Positions 39,791 through 49,547 of a stretch of DNA of 64,000 bases are shown here, piece after piece (position 1 is the stretch's first letter; every line of letters begins with the position of its first letter). The DNA comes from Candidatus Altimarinota bacterium (lineage in GTDB: Bacteria > Patescibacteriota > Gracilibacteria > 1-14-2-50-48-13): assembly GCA_046314355.1 (NCBI GenBank), contig JBKBWQ010000001.1, positions 800,001 through 864,000 of the forward strand, written 5' to 3'. The notes under the pieces are model-generated. The model was given only the letters and a program-made list of their open reading frames with translations, was not told where the DNA came from and ran no database searches. A program made the position numbers and the translations under genes.

Positions 39791-40697
39791 TTCGTATAAC
39801 TTCAGAAACTAAAGCGTAGGCACTATATGCAATAATAACCGCAAAGATAGTACCTATAAAAATATTTTTAGCCTTTTTGATCCTATCCTCCTGACCATTG
39901 GCGGTCACATAGTAAAAGCCGGCAAGAATCATGAAGAAAAGAGCAATAGGACCCATCACGGTAAGAAGCGCTCCGCCAATATTTAAGATCAGCTCAGTAC
40001 CCCTCTGAGCACTTGTGGCACTACTATCTGTAACTCCTGGCGTCAGTTCGTAGCCATTTGGTATAAATACCTTCTGGACTAGATCCGCAATAGTCATCAC
40101 AAAAAGACCCGTTGCAATGGCAGTAAGATGCTTCTTTTCTGAATCAATCTTTGTAGACCTTGGTGAGAGAATCTTAAAGCCTGTAAGCACAATAAGCACC
40201 ACTGATACTGTGGCCATAGAGAACTTAATGAGATTCAATATGAGATTCAAAAATCCAAGGAAGGCTGATTTACTAAAGAGATCTCCTCCCGATGTAGCTG
40301 GATTAAAGATAGAAAGCCCCAGGTCTCCTATATTGATAATAATAAATCCATAAAGCGCATAGAGGAAAGAATTCTGCTTTTTCTTCAGCATATCTTCATT
40401 AGACATATTCATGATCATATCCATACCAATGAAAATGATATATCCCACTGCAATTGCCTGAAGAATGATTTTGATGAAATTAATCACCCTAGTCACAAGA
40501 TAAGTAACCATAGACTCGCTGCTTGCACCTGGGGTACCTTCAATCTTAGGCAGATCGATAGAGCTCTCTCCGAAGATTGGGAGACCTGTGGCAGTGGCGT
40601 GTGGAATATGCAGGAGAATAGTAGCAAGCACTGCTGCAGCTGCTCCCATGAGTACATGAATCCAGAGGTTTCTATTGCGTAGTTGAAAAAAAGTCAT
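39774..40697 (-). CDS. Membrane protein with three tandem VirB2/TrbC-like pilin repeats
   Basis: Repeats such as IALFFMILAGFYYVTANGQEDRIKKAKNIFIGTIF; overlaps the next gene by 17 nt. Confidence 0.72.
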   Translation of the reverse strand: MTFFQLRNRNLWIHVLMGAAAAVLATILLHIPHATATGLPIFGESSIDLPKIEGTPGASSESMVTYLVTRVINFIKIILQAIAVGYIIFIGMDMIMNMSNEDMLKKKQNSFLYALYGFIIINIGDLGLSIFNPATSGGDLFSKSAFLGFLNLILNLIKFSMATVSVVLIVLTGFKILSPRSTKIDSEKKHLTAIATGLFVMTIADLVQKVFIPNGYELTPGVTDSSATSAQRGTELILNIGGALLTVMGPIALFFMILAGFYYVTANGQEDRIKKAKNIFIGTIFAVIIAYSAYALVSEVIRNAIFV

Positions 40698-40763
40698 TAG
40701 TCTTGAGGAAAGTACGAAGAAGAATTCTTCTTATTATACCATTACCACTCTCACTTTCACAAG

Positions 40764-41795
40764 ATGCAACTTAATGATTTTGATTACGAGCTGCCTGAAA
40801 AATATATTGCCCATTCCCCTCTTGACCCCAGAGATCATTCAAAACTCATGGTCATCGATAGAAAAACAAGAACCATCACTCATCATCACTTCTATAATCT
40901 GCCCGATTTACTACCTGCAGACACAGTTTTAGTACGAAATAGTTCTCGGGTTATCAAAGCACGTCTCAAAGGAACTTTACCTACAGGCGGTCATGTGGAG
41001 CTCTTCTTTTCTGAACCAAAAGGAAAAAAAGGAGGAGTATTTCTCGTGAAACCTGGAAGAAAGTTTAAAGATGGTTCTATGGTAAATGTCACTATTAATG
41101 GTGAAAGTCTGCAGATCCAAGTACGTGGTGAACTCCCTACTGGTGAACGTGAACTTGTATTTCTCAATCTCCAGTCTACTCTTGAAGATTTTCTGAAAAA
41201 GCACGGAGAAATCCCTCTGCCTCCGTACATCAAACAAGAGGATCCTAATACATTTGAAAAAAGATATCAGACTATGTACGCAAAAGAAGAAGGATCAGTA
41301 GCAGCACCTACCGCAGGTCTGCATTTTACACCTGAAGTAATGAAGAATCTTGAGAACAAAGGAATTAAAGCTTTAGATGTAACACTTCATGTAGGTCTTG
41401 GTACATTTCTCCCTGTTAAAACTGAGAACGTCCTGGAACATCATATGCATGAGGAGCGGTATCATATTGAGGAGAATATCTGGAAAGAAATATTGAAAGC
41501 AAAGGAAGAACATCATCCTATTCTTTCCATAGGAACAACGACTACACGAGTATTAGAGCATGTAGCAGTTCATCCAGATAACCTCACAGGAGCAACTTCT
41601 ATTTTCATCTATCCTCCGTATGAGTTTAAAATAATAGATATGCTGCTTACCAATTTTCACCTTCCGAAAAGTACACTCCTCATACTTATCTCAGCCTTTA
41701 TCGGAGATCGTGAATTTGCACTTCACGCGTATGAAGAGGCGAAGAAGAATGATTACCGGTTCTTTAGTTTTGGTGATGCTATGCTGATTATATAG
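40764..41795 (+). CDS. queA: S-adenosylmethionine:tRNA ribosyltransferase-isomerase
   Basis: FDYELP, PLPPYI, YQT, GSVAAPTAGLHFT, TNFHLPKST, YRFFSFGDAM. Confidence 0.97.
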   Translation: MQLNDFDYELPEKYIAHSPLDPRDHSKLMVIDRKTRTITHHHFYNLPDLLPADTVLVRNSSRVIKARLKGTLPTGGHVELFFSEPKGKKGGVFLVKPGRKFKDGSMVNVTINGESLQIQVRGELPTGERELVFLNLQSTLEDFLKKHGEIPLPPYIKQEDPNTFEKRYQTMYAKEEGSVAAPTAGLHFTPEVMKNLENKGIKALDVTLHVGLGTFLPVKTENVLEHHMHEERYHIEENIWKEILKAKEEHHPILSIGTTTTRVLEHVAVHPDNLTGATSIFIYPPYEFKIIDMLLTNFHLPKSTLLILISAFIGDREFALHAYEEAKKNDYRFFSFGDAMLII

Positions 41796-41955
41796 TCTTC
41801 ATCCCGTTCGAAACTGATACTAGAAGCTACCAAGACTTTCACAACAAAATCCAACTCACAATTTGATTAGTACACAAATTAAGAAATATTTATATAAAGG
41901 TAATCTCAAAAAGAGCCGTCATATCTGACAGCTCTTTTATTTAATATGGAAATTA

Positions 41956-43218
41956 TTATTTATACTTCCCTCCCCAAATATTCAATTTAATACTCACCAA
42001 ATCAGTAAGAGTCCTAATAGCATCCTTAATCGGACGTACTCTTGAATCCTCAGAGTTATACCAAGCTACAGGTACTTCCTTGATAGAGTACTGCAGTATC
42101 TCGGCAAGCGCCAAAGCTTCCATATCAAAGCCAAATCCATCGATCTTCATGCGTGAGAATATATCCTGTGAGGCTTTATAGCTATAGAGTTTAAATCCGC
42201 ACTGGGTATCTTTGATATCATCTATGAGAGTTACCTGGATGAGCAGATTTGCCATTCTTCCAAGCATGATACGGTACCACGGCTGACGTATCTCAAGCTT
42301 GCTGCCTTTCATATACCGTGACCCAATCAGTATGTCTGCATCCGTAACCTGACTATCAAAGCTTGCGAGCTCTTCAATAGGAGTAGAATTATCTGCATCT
42401 GTAAACAATACATATTTACCTTTTGCATCGAGCATTCCCATACGTACCGCATATCCCTTTCCATGATTCTCTTTATTATCAATACATCTCAGATGAAGCT
42501 TAGGATATTTTTCAATAAACTTTGCTACTTCTTTTACTGTAGTATCTTTGCTACCATCATTTACCACCACTATTTCTACTTTCTTTGGAAAATCTGCGAG
42601 AAACTTTTCTATTTTTTCAAGAGTCGCAGGAAGACGTTTTGCCTCATTATATGCAGGAATTACTATAGAATATTCAAATTCAAAATTTTCCGGTATGTCT
42701 ATGTTTCTCTGGTCAATAAACCGTACTCTAAAGGTCCAATATTTATTTACCAGAAAGTTCCAGATCAGTACCACTCCTGAGGTTACTACCTTTGCTAGCA
42801 CCACCAGCATCACTGTAGATATAACGATACCTACAGAGCCCAAAAATAAATCAAATGCCCGTATAAGTACAAACATAAGAAGGTTGCTCAAAAGCAATCC
42901 GCCCAGCGCCACAAGAAGAAATTTTACAAATCTTCTCTTCTGTCCCTTTCTGCTGGATTTGAATGTCCACCATTGATTTAAGAGGAAATTATTTATAACA
43001 GCAAGAGTAAAAGAGATCGATACATATAAGTAAAAAATATGATCAATCTGCGGATCTATACCAGTTGCATCCACGAGAAAAGCAAGCACCCCTACATCAA
43101 TAAGAGTACCCAATACACCCACCAAAGCGTATTTGATAAATACCTTTGTGAAGAAAGAAGAGAAAATCCCGGTTTTAGATGAGGATCGAGACACGTGTGT
43201 GGGAGAATAAAACAACAA
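41956..43218 (-). CDS. GtrA-like flippase fused to a dolichyl-phosphate glucosyltransferase-like GT2
   Basis: KYALVG..NF.LN..WTF twice (GtrA), then SIVIPAYNE, NDGSKD, GKGYAV, FTDAD, DTQCGFK. Confidence 0.9.
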   Translation of the reverse strand: MLFYSPTHVSRSSSKTGIFSSFFTKVFIKYALVGVLGTLIDVGVLAFLVDATGIDPQIDHIFYLYVSISFTLAVINNFLLNQWWTFKSSRKGQKRRFVKFLLVALGGLLLSNLLMFVLIRAFDLFLGSVGIVISTVMLVVLAKVVTSGVVLIWNFLVNKYWTFRVRFIDQRNIDIPENFEFEYSIVIPAYNEAKRLPATLEKIEKFLADFPKKVEIVVVNDGSKDTTVKEVAKFIEKYPKLHLRCIDNKENHGKGYAVRMGMLDAKGKYVLFTDADNSTPIEELASFDSQVTDADILIGSRYMKGSKLEIRQPWYRIMLGRMANLLIQVTLIDDIKDTQCGFKLYSYKASQDIFSRMKIDGFGFDMEALALAEILQYSIKEVPVAWYNSEDSRVRPIKDAIRTLTDLVSIKLNIWGGKYK

Positions 43219-43256
43219 AAGTAAGTATAAAGGCTTACCCGATGTAAGTCAAAATA

Positions 43257-44354
43257 CTATCTGATTCCGCTTCCGATAATGGCAATGATTACGCCGACCA
43301 CAGCGAGCATCATACCTATAATCCATAGACGCATGACAATATTTGACTCCGGCCATCCGCAGGCCTGCAGCGCATGATGAAAGGGAGCAGCCTTATAAAT
43401 CTTTCTCTTAAGAAACTTTTTGGAAAGGATCTGAGTAAAGCTTGTAAATACTTCCCAGTAGAAGATTAGACCAATAATAACAAGTACAATAAATGTATTC
43501 GTCATCATGGCGATCACACCCAAGGTCGCGCCTAAAGCCAGAGATCCCGTGTCCCCCATAAAGAGCTTTGCCGGAGATACATTATACCAAAGAAATCCCG
43601 CGAGTGCTCCTACGATGACCGCACAAAAGGTCGCGAGAAAGATCATGTGATCAGATCCAAGACTTGGATTATTGCGGATATATGCGATAACAGCAAAAGC
43701 AGTAAAAGCAATAGCAAGGAGTCCTCCTGCAAGTCCATCTAGACCATCCGTCACATTCACAGCATTTGCAGTAGAGATGATAACAAACACAAAGAGAGGC
43801 ACATACCAAATACCAATATTAAAATCTCCGATACGGGGAATATGGATCGAATTCCATTCAAGCTTATAGTGAAACCAGAGAGCGCCAGCGAGAGCAAAGA
43901 TAGTAAGCCAGAGCATTTTTTTCCATGCGCTTATTCCCTTCTGCTTCCCTATGCCGTTTGCATTGAGATAGTCATCAAAGGCACCGAGAAGTCCTATAAA
44001 AATCAAAGTGAAAAACGGAAGCCAAACTTCAGATCTATTCAAAATAGAGTGATACACTTCATCAAAAGGAAGATAATATCCAATACCCGCATAGGCAAGG
44101 ATACGTGAGATAAGCAATACCGCAGCAACTGTACCCCAGATAATGATTCCACCTCCATTTGGAGTACCAGCCTTATGCTTGTGATGTTCAATAAAAATAC
44201 TTGCATCCTGACCATCTACAGCAGCTTCACGTATTTGTTTTACAAAGCCGAATCTGCGGAGAAGACGTATAGCAGGAGGAGTAGCGAGAATAGCTATGAG
44301 AAAAGCAAGGGAGCCATATCCGAAGATAAACACAAGGTCTGGTACGTAGTTCAT
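43257..44354 (-). CDS. mraY: Phospho-N-acetylmuramoyl-pentapeptide transferase
   Basis: KAGTPNGGG, DDY, NAVNVTDGLDGL, FMGDTGSLALG, APFHH. Confidence 0.96.
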   Translation of the reverse strand: MNYVPDLVFIFGYGSLAFLIAILATPPAIRLLRRFGFVKQIREAAVDGQDASIFIEHHKHKAGTPNGGGIIIWGTVAAVLLISRILAYAGIGYYLPFDEVYHSILNRSEVWLPFFTLIFIGLLGAFDDYLNANGIGKQKGISAWKKMLWLTIFALAGALWFHYKLEWNSIHIPRIGDFNIGIWYVPLFVFVIISTANAVNVTDGLDGLAGGLLAIAFTAFAVIAYIRNNPSLGSDHMIFLATFCAVIVGALAGFLWYNVSPAKLFMGDTGSLALGATLGVIAMMTNTFIVLVIIGLIFYWEVFTSFTQILSKKFLKRKIYKAAPFHHALQACGWPESNIVMRLWIIGMMLAVVGVIIAIIGSGIR

Positions 44355-44464
44355 AGATACTAGAAAAAGAGTGAACAGATATGTGCATTCTAATCGAATA
44401 ACTCAAGAGAGCAAATATAAGAGAAAAGAATTATTTACTTAGCTCTATGCAGTCGGTTATAGTG

Positions 44465-45673
44465 TTATGCTTCTTTTATATTTAGTTGCATTATTTTATT
44501 AGCATAAAGTATGTTTGTTGCTAAAACTACCAAAGCAATACAAACAAAAGCCGTCGAAAGCGGTAAAAAAGAGAGAACCTGCTTGCCTACAGTTGTATAC
44601 AATGCAAATATAGAAAATATGAGAGAACGCGTAGTAGCAATTGCTTTCCCTCCTACGACGTTCACAAGCACCTGATTCCAGGCTGGCTGCCAGAGTCCAT
44701 CAAATGCCACAAATATAATGTATATACCTGCAAGTATAACCCAATCATGTAGGAAGAAAGCTGCAGCACAAAGAATAAGACTTTGAATAATTGTTGCGAT
44801 GATCCAACTCAATCCATAGGAGTATTTTTCAGAAAAATTATTCCCAAACTTTAACATATACATCATCGCAGCAGTAGCTAGAGCAGAAATAATACCTGAA
44901 GCAAAAGAAGGCATATGAGCATCTGTCAGCACTGGAAAGATTACAAGCGGAAGATATGAGATATGATTTCCAAATGTACGGAAAATAAGAAGAGTCCTGA
45001 TATCTTTATTAGTCAGAACATTCATGAAAGCCATCTTTGCGGTTCGGAAATACTTTCTCACTCTACTTTCTTCCTCAACTAAATTTAGCTCTTTCTCCGT
45101 AACTTCCTTTAATCTAAATGTAAGAGCCACTAAAACAGTTGCTCCAATTATATCCATACCTGCAAGAATGCGGTACCCCTCTTCATGAAAGAAAAAAAGA
45201 ACTCCTGAGGCAATCAATGGACAGATTAATCCAGCAAATTGTTCAATTATCATAAATCCACTGATGACGCGTCCGAAACTTTTCTCTTTACCCAGAACCC
45301 TCAAATTAGTTTCCAAAAAAGCCTGCCCCGTTCCACTCCAGAAGCTCCAATATAAAGCAGCAAATACGGCCGCTGCAATAAATCCCCAAAAACCTGGGAA
45401 TAGAAACAGCAATAATGCACCAATAAAGTTACAAATAACTGAATATAGAAGAGACTTTTTTAATCCTGAAACATCAGCAAAAATAGAAGTAGGGAGCTCA
45501 AAAAGCCAGTTACAAAGTGTTGCTGCATTTGCAATAAGCGTTATCTCCACCAAACCCAATCCCGTATATTTATAGAGCAATGTCACTACTGGAGTCAGAA
45601 ACAAAAAACCTGCAAAAAGATTAATAAGACGCTGGAGCTTTATATTTCTTTCTGCAGTTTGTATAGTTATCAT
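44465..45673 (-). CDS. MFS transporter
   Basis: About 12 TM; FELPTSIFAD..G.KKS and SG...AFL motifs. Confidence 0.85.
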   Translation of the reverse strand: MITIQTAERNIKLQRLINLFAGFLFLTPVVTLLYKYTGLGLVEITLIANAATLCNWLFELPTSIFADVSGLKKSLLYSVICNFIGALLLFLFPGFWGFIAAAVFAALYWSFWSGTGQAFLETNLRVLGKEKSFGRVISGFMIIEQFAGLICPLIASGVLFFFHEEGYRILAGMDIIGATVLVALTFRLKEVTEKELNLVEEESRVRKYFRTAKMAFMNVLTNKDIRTLLIFRTFGNHISYLPLVIFPVLTDAHMPSFASGIISALATAAMMYMLKFGNNFSEKYSYGLSWIIATIIQSLILCAAAFFLHDWVILAGIYIIFVAFDGLWQPAWNQVLVNVVGGKAIATTRSLIFSIFALYTTVGKQVLSFLPLSTAFVCIALVVLATNILYANKIMQLNIKEA

Positions 45674-45685
45674 AGTACTTTTCTA

Positions 45686-46285
45686 TCAAACTATTAATTC
45701 ATACTGTGAAGTTTCAGTAGAAATCACTATCTTACCTTCTCGTTTCTGCACTGTTTGAACTGCTGTTGTATTACCGCCTTCCCGTAACTCTATATTTCTT
45801 CCAGGTATGATTTCATTTTTTAAAGTACCATATAGCTCTTTCCCAATAGCTACCCCTGAATTACTATTCAACACAATTTTTTTTAAACGAATCTTTTCAC
45901 CCGCTTTAGGTATTCTGATCTGATCTAAAAGGAGATCTTTTCTCGCATTAAAAACTGTATTTACTTTGTTTATTAAATTTAGAGAAGTGTTATTTTCAAG
46001 ATCCTTAGCTGAAAGCTGGTACCCTAAAGTTAGTCCCTTCTCATTCCAATACATACCAATTTCACGACCATTTCCAAGCTTAATATAATCTTTTTTATAT
46101 CCTCCTTCTAGATTCTTTCCCACATTAAACTGTTTGATCTTTCTCACAAATTCTTCCTTTGAAAGACCATATACCATTAATGATGGAAGTACTTGTTTTA
46201 GTCCAGGCATTCTTTCCATATAGAGATTCGCCTTTTCTTTATCTTCCGATTCTCTTGAAGAGAAATAGTTCGGTGAGTTATTCAT
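45686..46285 (-). CDS. Hypothetical protein
   Basis: 199 aa ORF; C-terminal T..V..V......I.T.TS.Y.L motif; ends TGA TAG. Confidence 0.65.
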   Translation of the reverse strand: MNNSPNYFSSRESEDKEKANLYMERMPGLKQVLPSLMVYGLSKEEFVRKIKQFNVGKNLEGGYKKDYIKLGNGREIGMYWNEKGLTLGYQLSAKDLENNTSLNLINKVNTVFNARKDLLLDQIRIPKAGEKIRLKKIVLNSNSGVAIGKELYGTLKNEIIPGRNIELREGGNTTAVQTVQKREGKIVISTETSQYELIV

Positions 46286-46347
46286 AAAATATTAGTGAAA
46301 GGTTCTTTTTATTATAACATAAGCCCTCATTACATACCCTATTTTAT

Positions 46348-48747
46348 TTATAAAGCTCCCATTCGAAACCTGATCTCCTGATCAACAAATTCTCTTTGTC
46401 GCCCGTACTTCAGACGTGAGAGCTGTCGATAGGCATCTGCTGCCTCCTTATCAAAGTCGTATCCCTGCATTGTGAAATGTCTCTGCACATCAAAGTTGAA
46501 CGGACGGGATGGAGTCAAATTAATACTAAGTTTCATGATTGCCTTAAATTCATCCTGATTTGAAATATCCTGTTCTGAAAATACCGGAGCAAAGATCTTT
46601 GCCATAAATTCCGCATCCACTTCACCAGTTTTATACGCAAGGATATTACCCACGTTACCGAATATGGCACCTTTCAATGAAGTACTACCTGATATATCTT
46701 TCTTCTCAAGCTGATCCATATACTGATGTGCAAGACAGAGACTTACACGATATTTTCGTGCTTCAGAAAGAATAGATTCGATAGAGTCCGTCACAAAGTT
46801 CTGGAACTCATCCACATACACAAAGAATTCTCTTCGGTCTTTCTTTTCAATCTTCTGTCTTCTCATAGCAGATACTTGTAGCTTTGAAATAAGAATCATA
46901 CCAAGTAGTTGTGCATTCAAGTCACCTATAAGACCTTTTGATAAACGGCAAAGTATGATTTTTCCATCCTGCATAGCCTGGAACATATCAAAGGATGATT
47001 TTGCCTGACCAAGGATATTCCGGATAGTGGAGTTGGTAGTAAACTGACCAAATTTCGCTGCAAAATACGGGATCATTTCCTGTTTTTCTCTATCACCCAT
47101 ACCATCAAAAGTATTATCCCACCATGATTTTACAATTGGATTTACCACATAAGAACGCATCTTTTTCTGAAAATCCTGATTTACGAAAAGACCAAGCACG
47201 TCAATAATAGTACCTCCTTCAGGAGCAGCCATAAGGGTCAGTACTCCATTTCGGAAGTAGTCCTGGATACGCGGACCAAACACTTCGTTACCGAAGAGCT
47301 TGATCATCATATTCATCGCATCTAATGCCACTAGTTCTTTCTCATCATCCCCTTCTGCCTCAAGCATATTCAGTCCAAGCGGCCGCTCAGTATCAGATGG
47401 ATCAAAGATGATAACATCGTCCGCACGTTCTCGAGGGATAAATCCGATAAAATCATCCGCCAGTTCTCCATGAGGATCCATCATCATCATCCCCTCACCT
47501 TTTCGTACACTTTGTTTCATCATGGTTTGAAGAATCGTACTTTTACCAGTACCAGTTTGTCCAATAATATAGAAATGTCTAAATCTATCTTCCTGTTTAA
47601 TACGGACCTCTTTTCGAGATCCCCGGTAATTCACATGACCAAGCAGAATACCATCTTCCGGAAGATTATCTGGTGGAGCCGACATCTTGGATTTTTGCCA
47701 CTTGATCGCAGGAGATCTATTGAACTTGATATGAGGAAAATGAAAGAGACTCGCGATTTCGTCCGTAGAGAGGATGACTTTTGGCTCCTTCCAGTAATCC
47801 TTTTCAAAAAGACGGTAAATAGCATGAGTAAGTATTCTTCGGGACTTTGCCTTCTTTATCTTTGTAATAGAGTTCATCCGCGGATGACTAAACTGTACAA
47901 AAGAACTCACTATGCTCTGCAGCTGATTTTTAGCCTGAAAAGCTGTAGGAGCTGAAGTTAGCACACGGATATGCGCCTCAAATCCTACTTTAAATGATTT
48001 TTGTTCTACAGATTTTGCCGTCTCTTCCGTCAGAGGAGAAAGACGTTTGTTCTCATCCTTCTTCGGCTGCGGGTTCATGATCTTCCAGAATTCATCCCAG
48101 ATACTCTTGATAGTCAATTTATCTTTCTTCTTATCATTCAAAATATTCTCCGCAAGCTTTTTGGATTCATCCTGCCATTTATCAGCCACAGGTTTTAAAA
48201 GTATCTGAATCATTGCCCCCTCATCCGGACCAATTTTGGAGAGTGAGTTAGTAATATTATTTAAAGGATCAGACTCAAGCTGTGCATATGTTTTAAGCGG
48301 ATATGTATATTCTTTTTTTAAAGTAAGGCTGCACGCCTCCTGCACTCCGTTCTCCTGAAAAATATTATAATCCTCCTCTATCTCAACAATAGCATCAGGA
48401 TAAAAACTCGTAATCTGCTTTTCAATAAGCTGCTGCAGCTCCCCAGGAACCACCACATAAAAATACACCTGCGTCTTCAATACCGCATATTCAAAGGAAA
48501 CATAGTTTTCGCTTCCTATCTCATGAAGCGAAGCAAGCAGCTGCTCCATCACGGACACCACATCCTTAAAAGGAAGATTCGACTGAGAGTCTTTCTTTTC
48601 ATCAAGATCAGACTCTTTTATCGGCAGTATTACTCGCATAAAACTCAAAGAAAGCGCCTTCTCAAGCACCTTTTTCCTACGGTTATCCCTCTTGTACCAG
48701 AGATACGCACCTACGACTATAATAAGAACAAGAAGAAGTTCTACCAT
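46348..48747 (-). CDS. Membrane-anchored VirB4/TraD/HerA-like ATPase (type IV secretion coupling-protein-like)
   Basis: N-terminal TM; RHFYIIGQTGTGKS Walker A; DPHGEL; YVDEFQNF Walker B; SEARKY; LAHQY. Confidence 0.88.
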   Translation of the reverse strand: MVELLLVLIIVVGAYLWYKRDNRRKKVLEKALSLSFMRVILPIKESDLDEKKDSQSNLPFKDVVSVMEQLLASLHEIGSENYVSFEYAVLKTQVYFYVVVPGELQQLIEKQITSFYPDAIVEIEEDYNIFQENGVQEACSLTLKKEYTYPLKTYAQLESDPLNNITNSLSKIGPDEGAMIQILLKPVADKWQDESKKLAENILNDKKKDKLTIKSIWDEFWKIMNPQPKKDENKRLSPLTEETAKSVEQKSFKVGFEAHIRVLTSAPTAFQAKNQLQSIVSSFVQFSHPRMNSITKIKKAKSRRILTHAIYRLFEKDYWKEPKVILSTDEIASLFHFPHIKFNRSPAIKWQKSKMSAPPDNLPEDGILLGHVNYRGSRKEVRIKQEDRFRHFYIIGQTGTGKSTILQTMMKQSVRKGEGMMMMDPHGELADDFIGFIPRERADDVIIFDPSDTERPLGLNMLEAEGDDEKELVALDAMNMMIKLFGNEVFGPRIQDYFRNGVLTLMAAPEGGTIIDVLGLFVNQDFQKKMRSYVVNPIVKSWWDNTFDGMGDREKQEMIPYFAAKFGQFTTNSTIRNILGQAKSSFDMFQAMQDGKIILCRLSKGLIGDLNAQLLGMILISKLQVSAMRRQKIEKKDRREFFVYVDEFQNFVTDSIESILSEARKYRVSLCLAHQYMDQLEKKDISGSTSLKGAIFGNVGNILAYKTGEVDAEFMAKIFAPVFSEQDISNQDEFKAIMKLSINLTPSRPFNFDVQRHFTMQGYDFDKEAADAYRQLSRLKYGRQREFVDQEIRFRMGAL

Positions 48748-48988
48748 GAAATCTTAAGAAATAGCATACATATACATTGTAACGTGAGTACAGACGCAAT
48801 GCAAGTAGTCTAATGAGGAGTGTAACTCAAGTGGTAGCATCTCCGAAACGTTTGTATTTGGAGACCCCTCCCGCAGCTCATATCTCCGCAGCTTAAGATA
48901 AAGAATAACTCTGCAGGATGACGCGCTCCCTATCCTTATTATGTACCACAGAGATATTGCCATCTCTAGAAGCGAGAGAATCGCACCG

Positions 48989-49423
48989 AATGATGAGAGT
49001 CTCCGGGCTCCAACCCCCTGTGTCCCCCTTCTCAGGGGGATAGCTCATAGGCTCCCTAACCCGAGTCCTGACATGTACGGCAGGTACATCGCCTGGCTGC
49101 GTAGTGGACTAGTAACTAGTGACGGTCACTAGTTACTAGTCACTCGAGCCCTCATCTAGACCACGCCGTCCCTGGGGGTTTGGGGGAGGAGAAGCGTCTG
49201 ATTACTTTTAGAAAGCAACCTCTCTGCCAGACGCTTTTCTCCTCCCCCAAGACTTTTGGTTACTTTTGGTCACAAAAGTGACGCCCCACCGGCAGGTGAA
49301 GAAGAAACCACTTACTTCATCAAGCACCCTTCACCTCACTCAAACCTTTATCTCTTATAAGAGGATTTGTGAAAACTATAAGAACACTAGTTGAATAAAC
49401 CAATATCCGACAATGGATTCCCG
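48989..49423. repeat. ~435 bp palindrome-rich intergenic repeat, copy 1
   Basis: Near-identical to 60517-60951 in the same orientation; contains a perfect 17-bp inverted repeat (49107-49141) and other hairpins. Confidence 0.93.
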
Positions 49424-49547
49424 CCGGAGTTTATGCTGGTGCAGATCAGTACGGGAATGACAGACATTTGATCACAAAAGTAACAAAGCTTTTGATTCTT
49501 TACCGAAAAGAATATATCCTCTCACTGTATATTTTTTCCAGTTTTCC

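Noticed and set aside
46348-48747. Conjugative element or ICE
   Set aside because: No relaxase, integrase or other tra genes nearby; such ATPases are common chromosomal genes in CPR.
48754-49132. ORFs 48754-48963 (-) and 48941-49132 (+)
   Set aside because: They lie in repeat or palindromic DNA, have no SD or motifs, and are not preserved in the second repeat copy.
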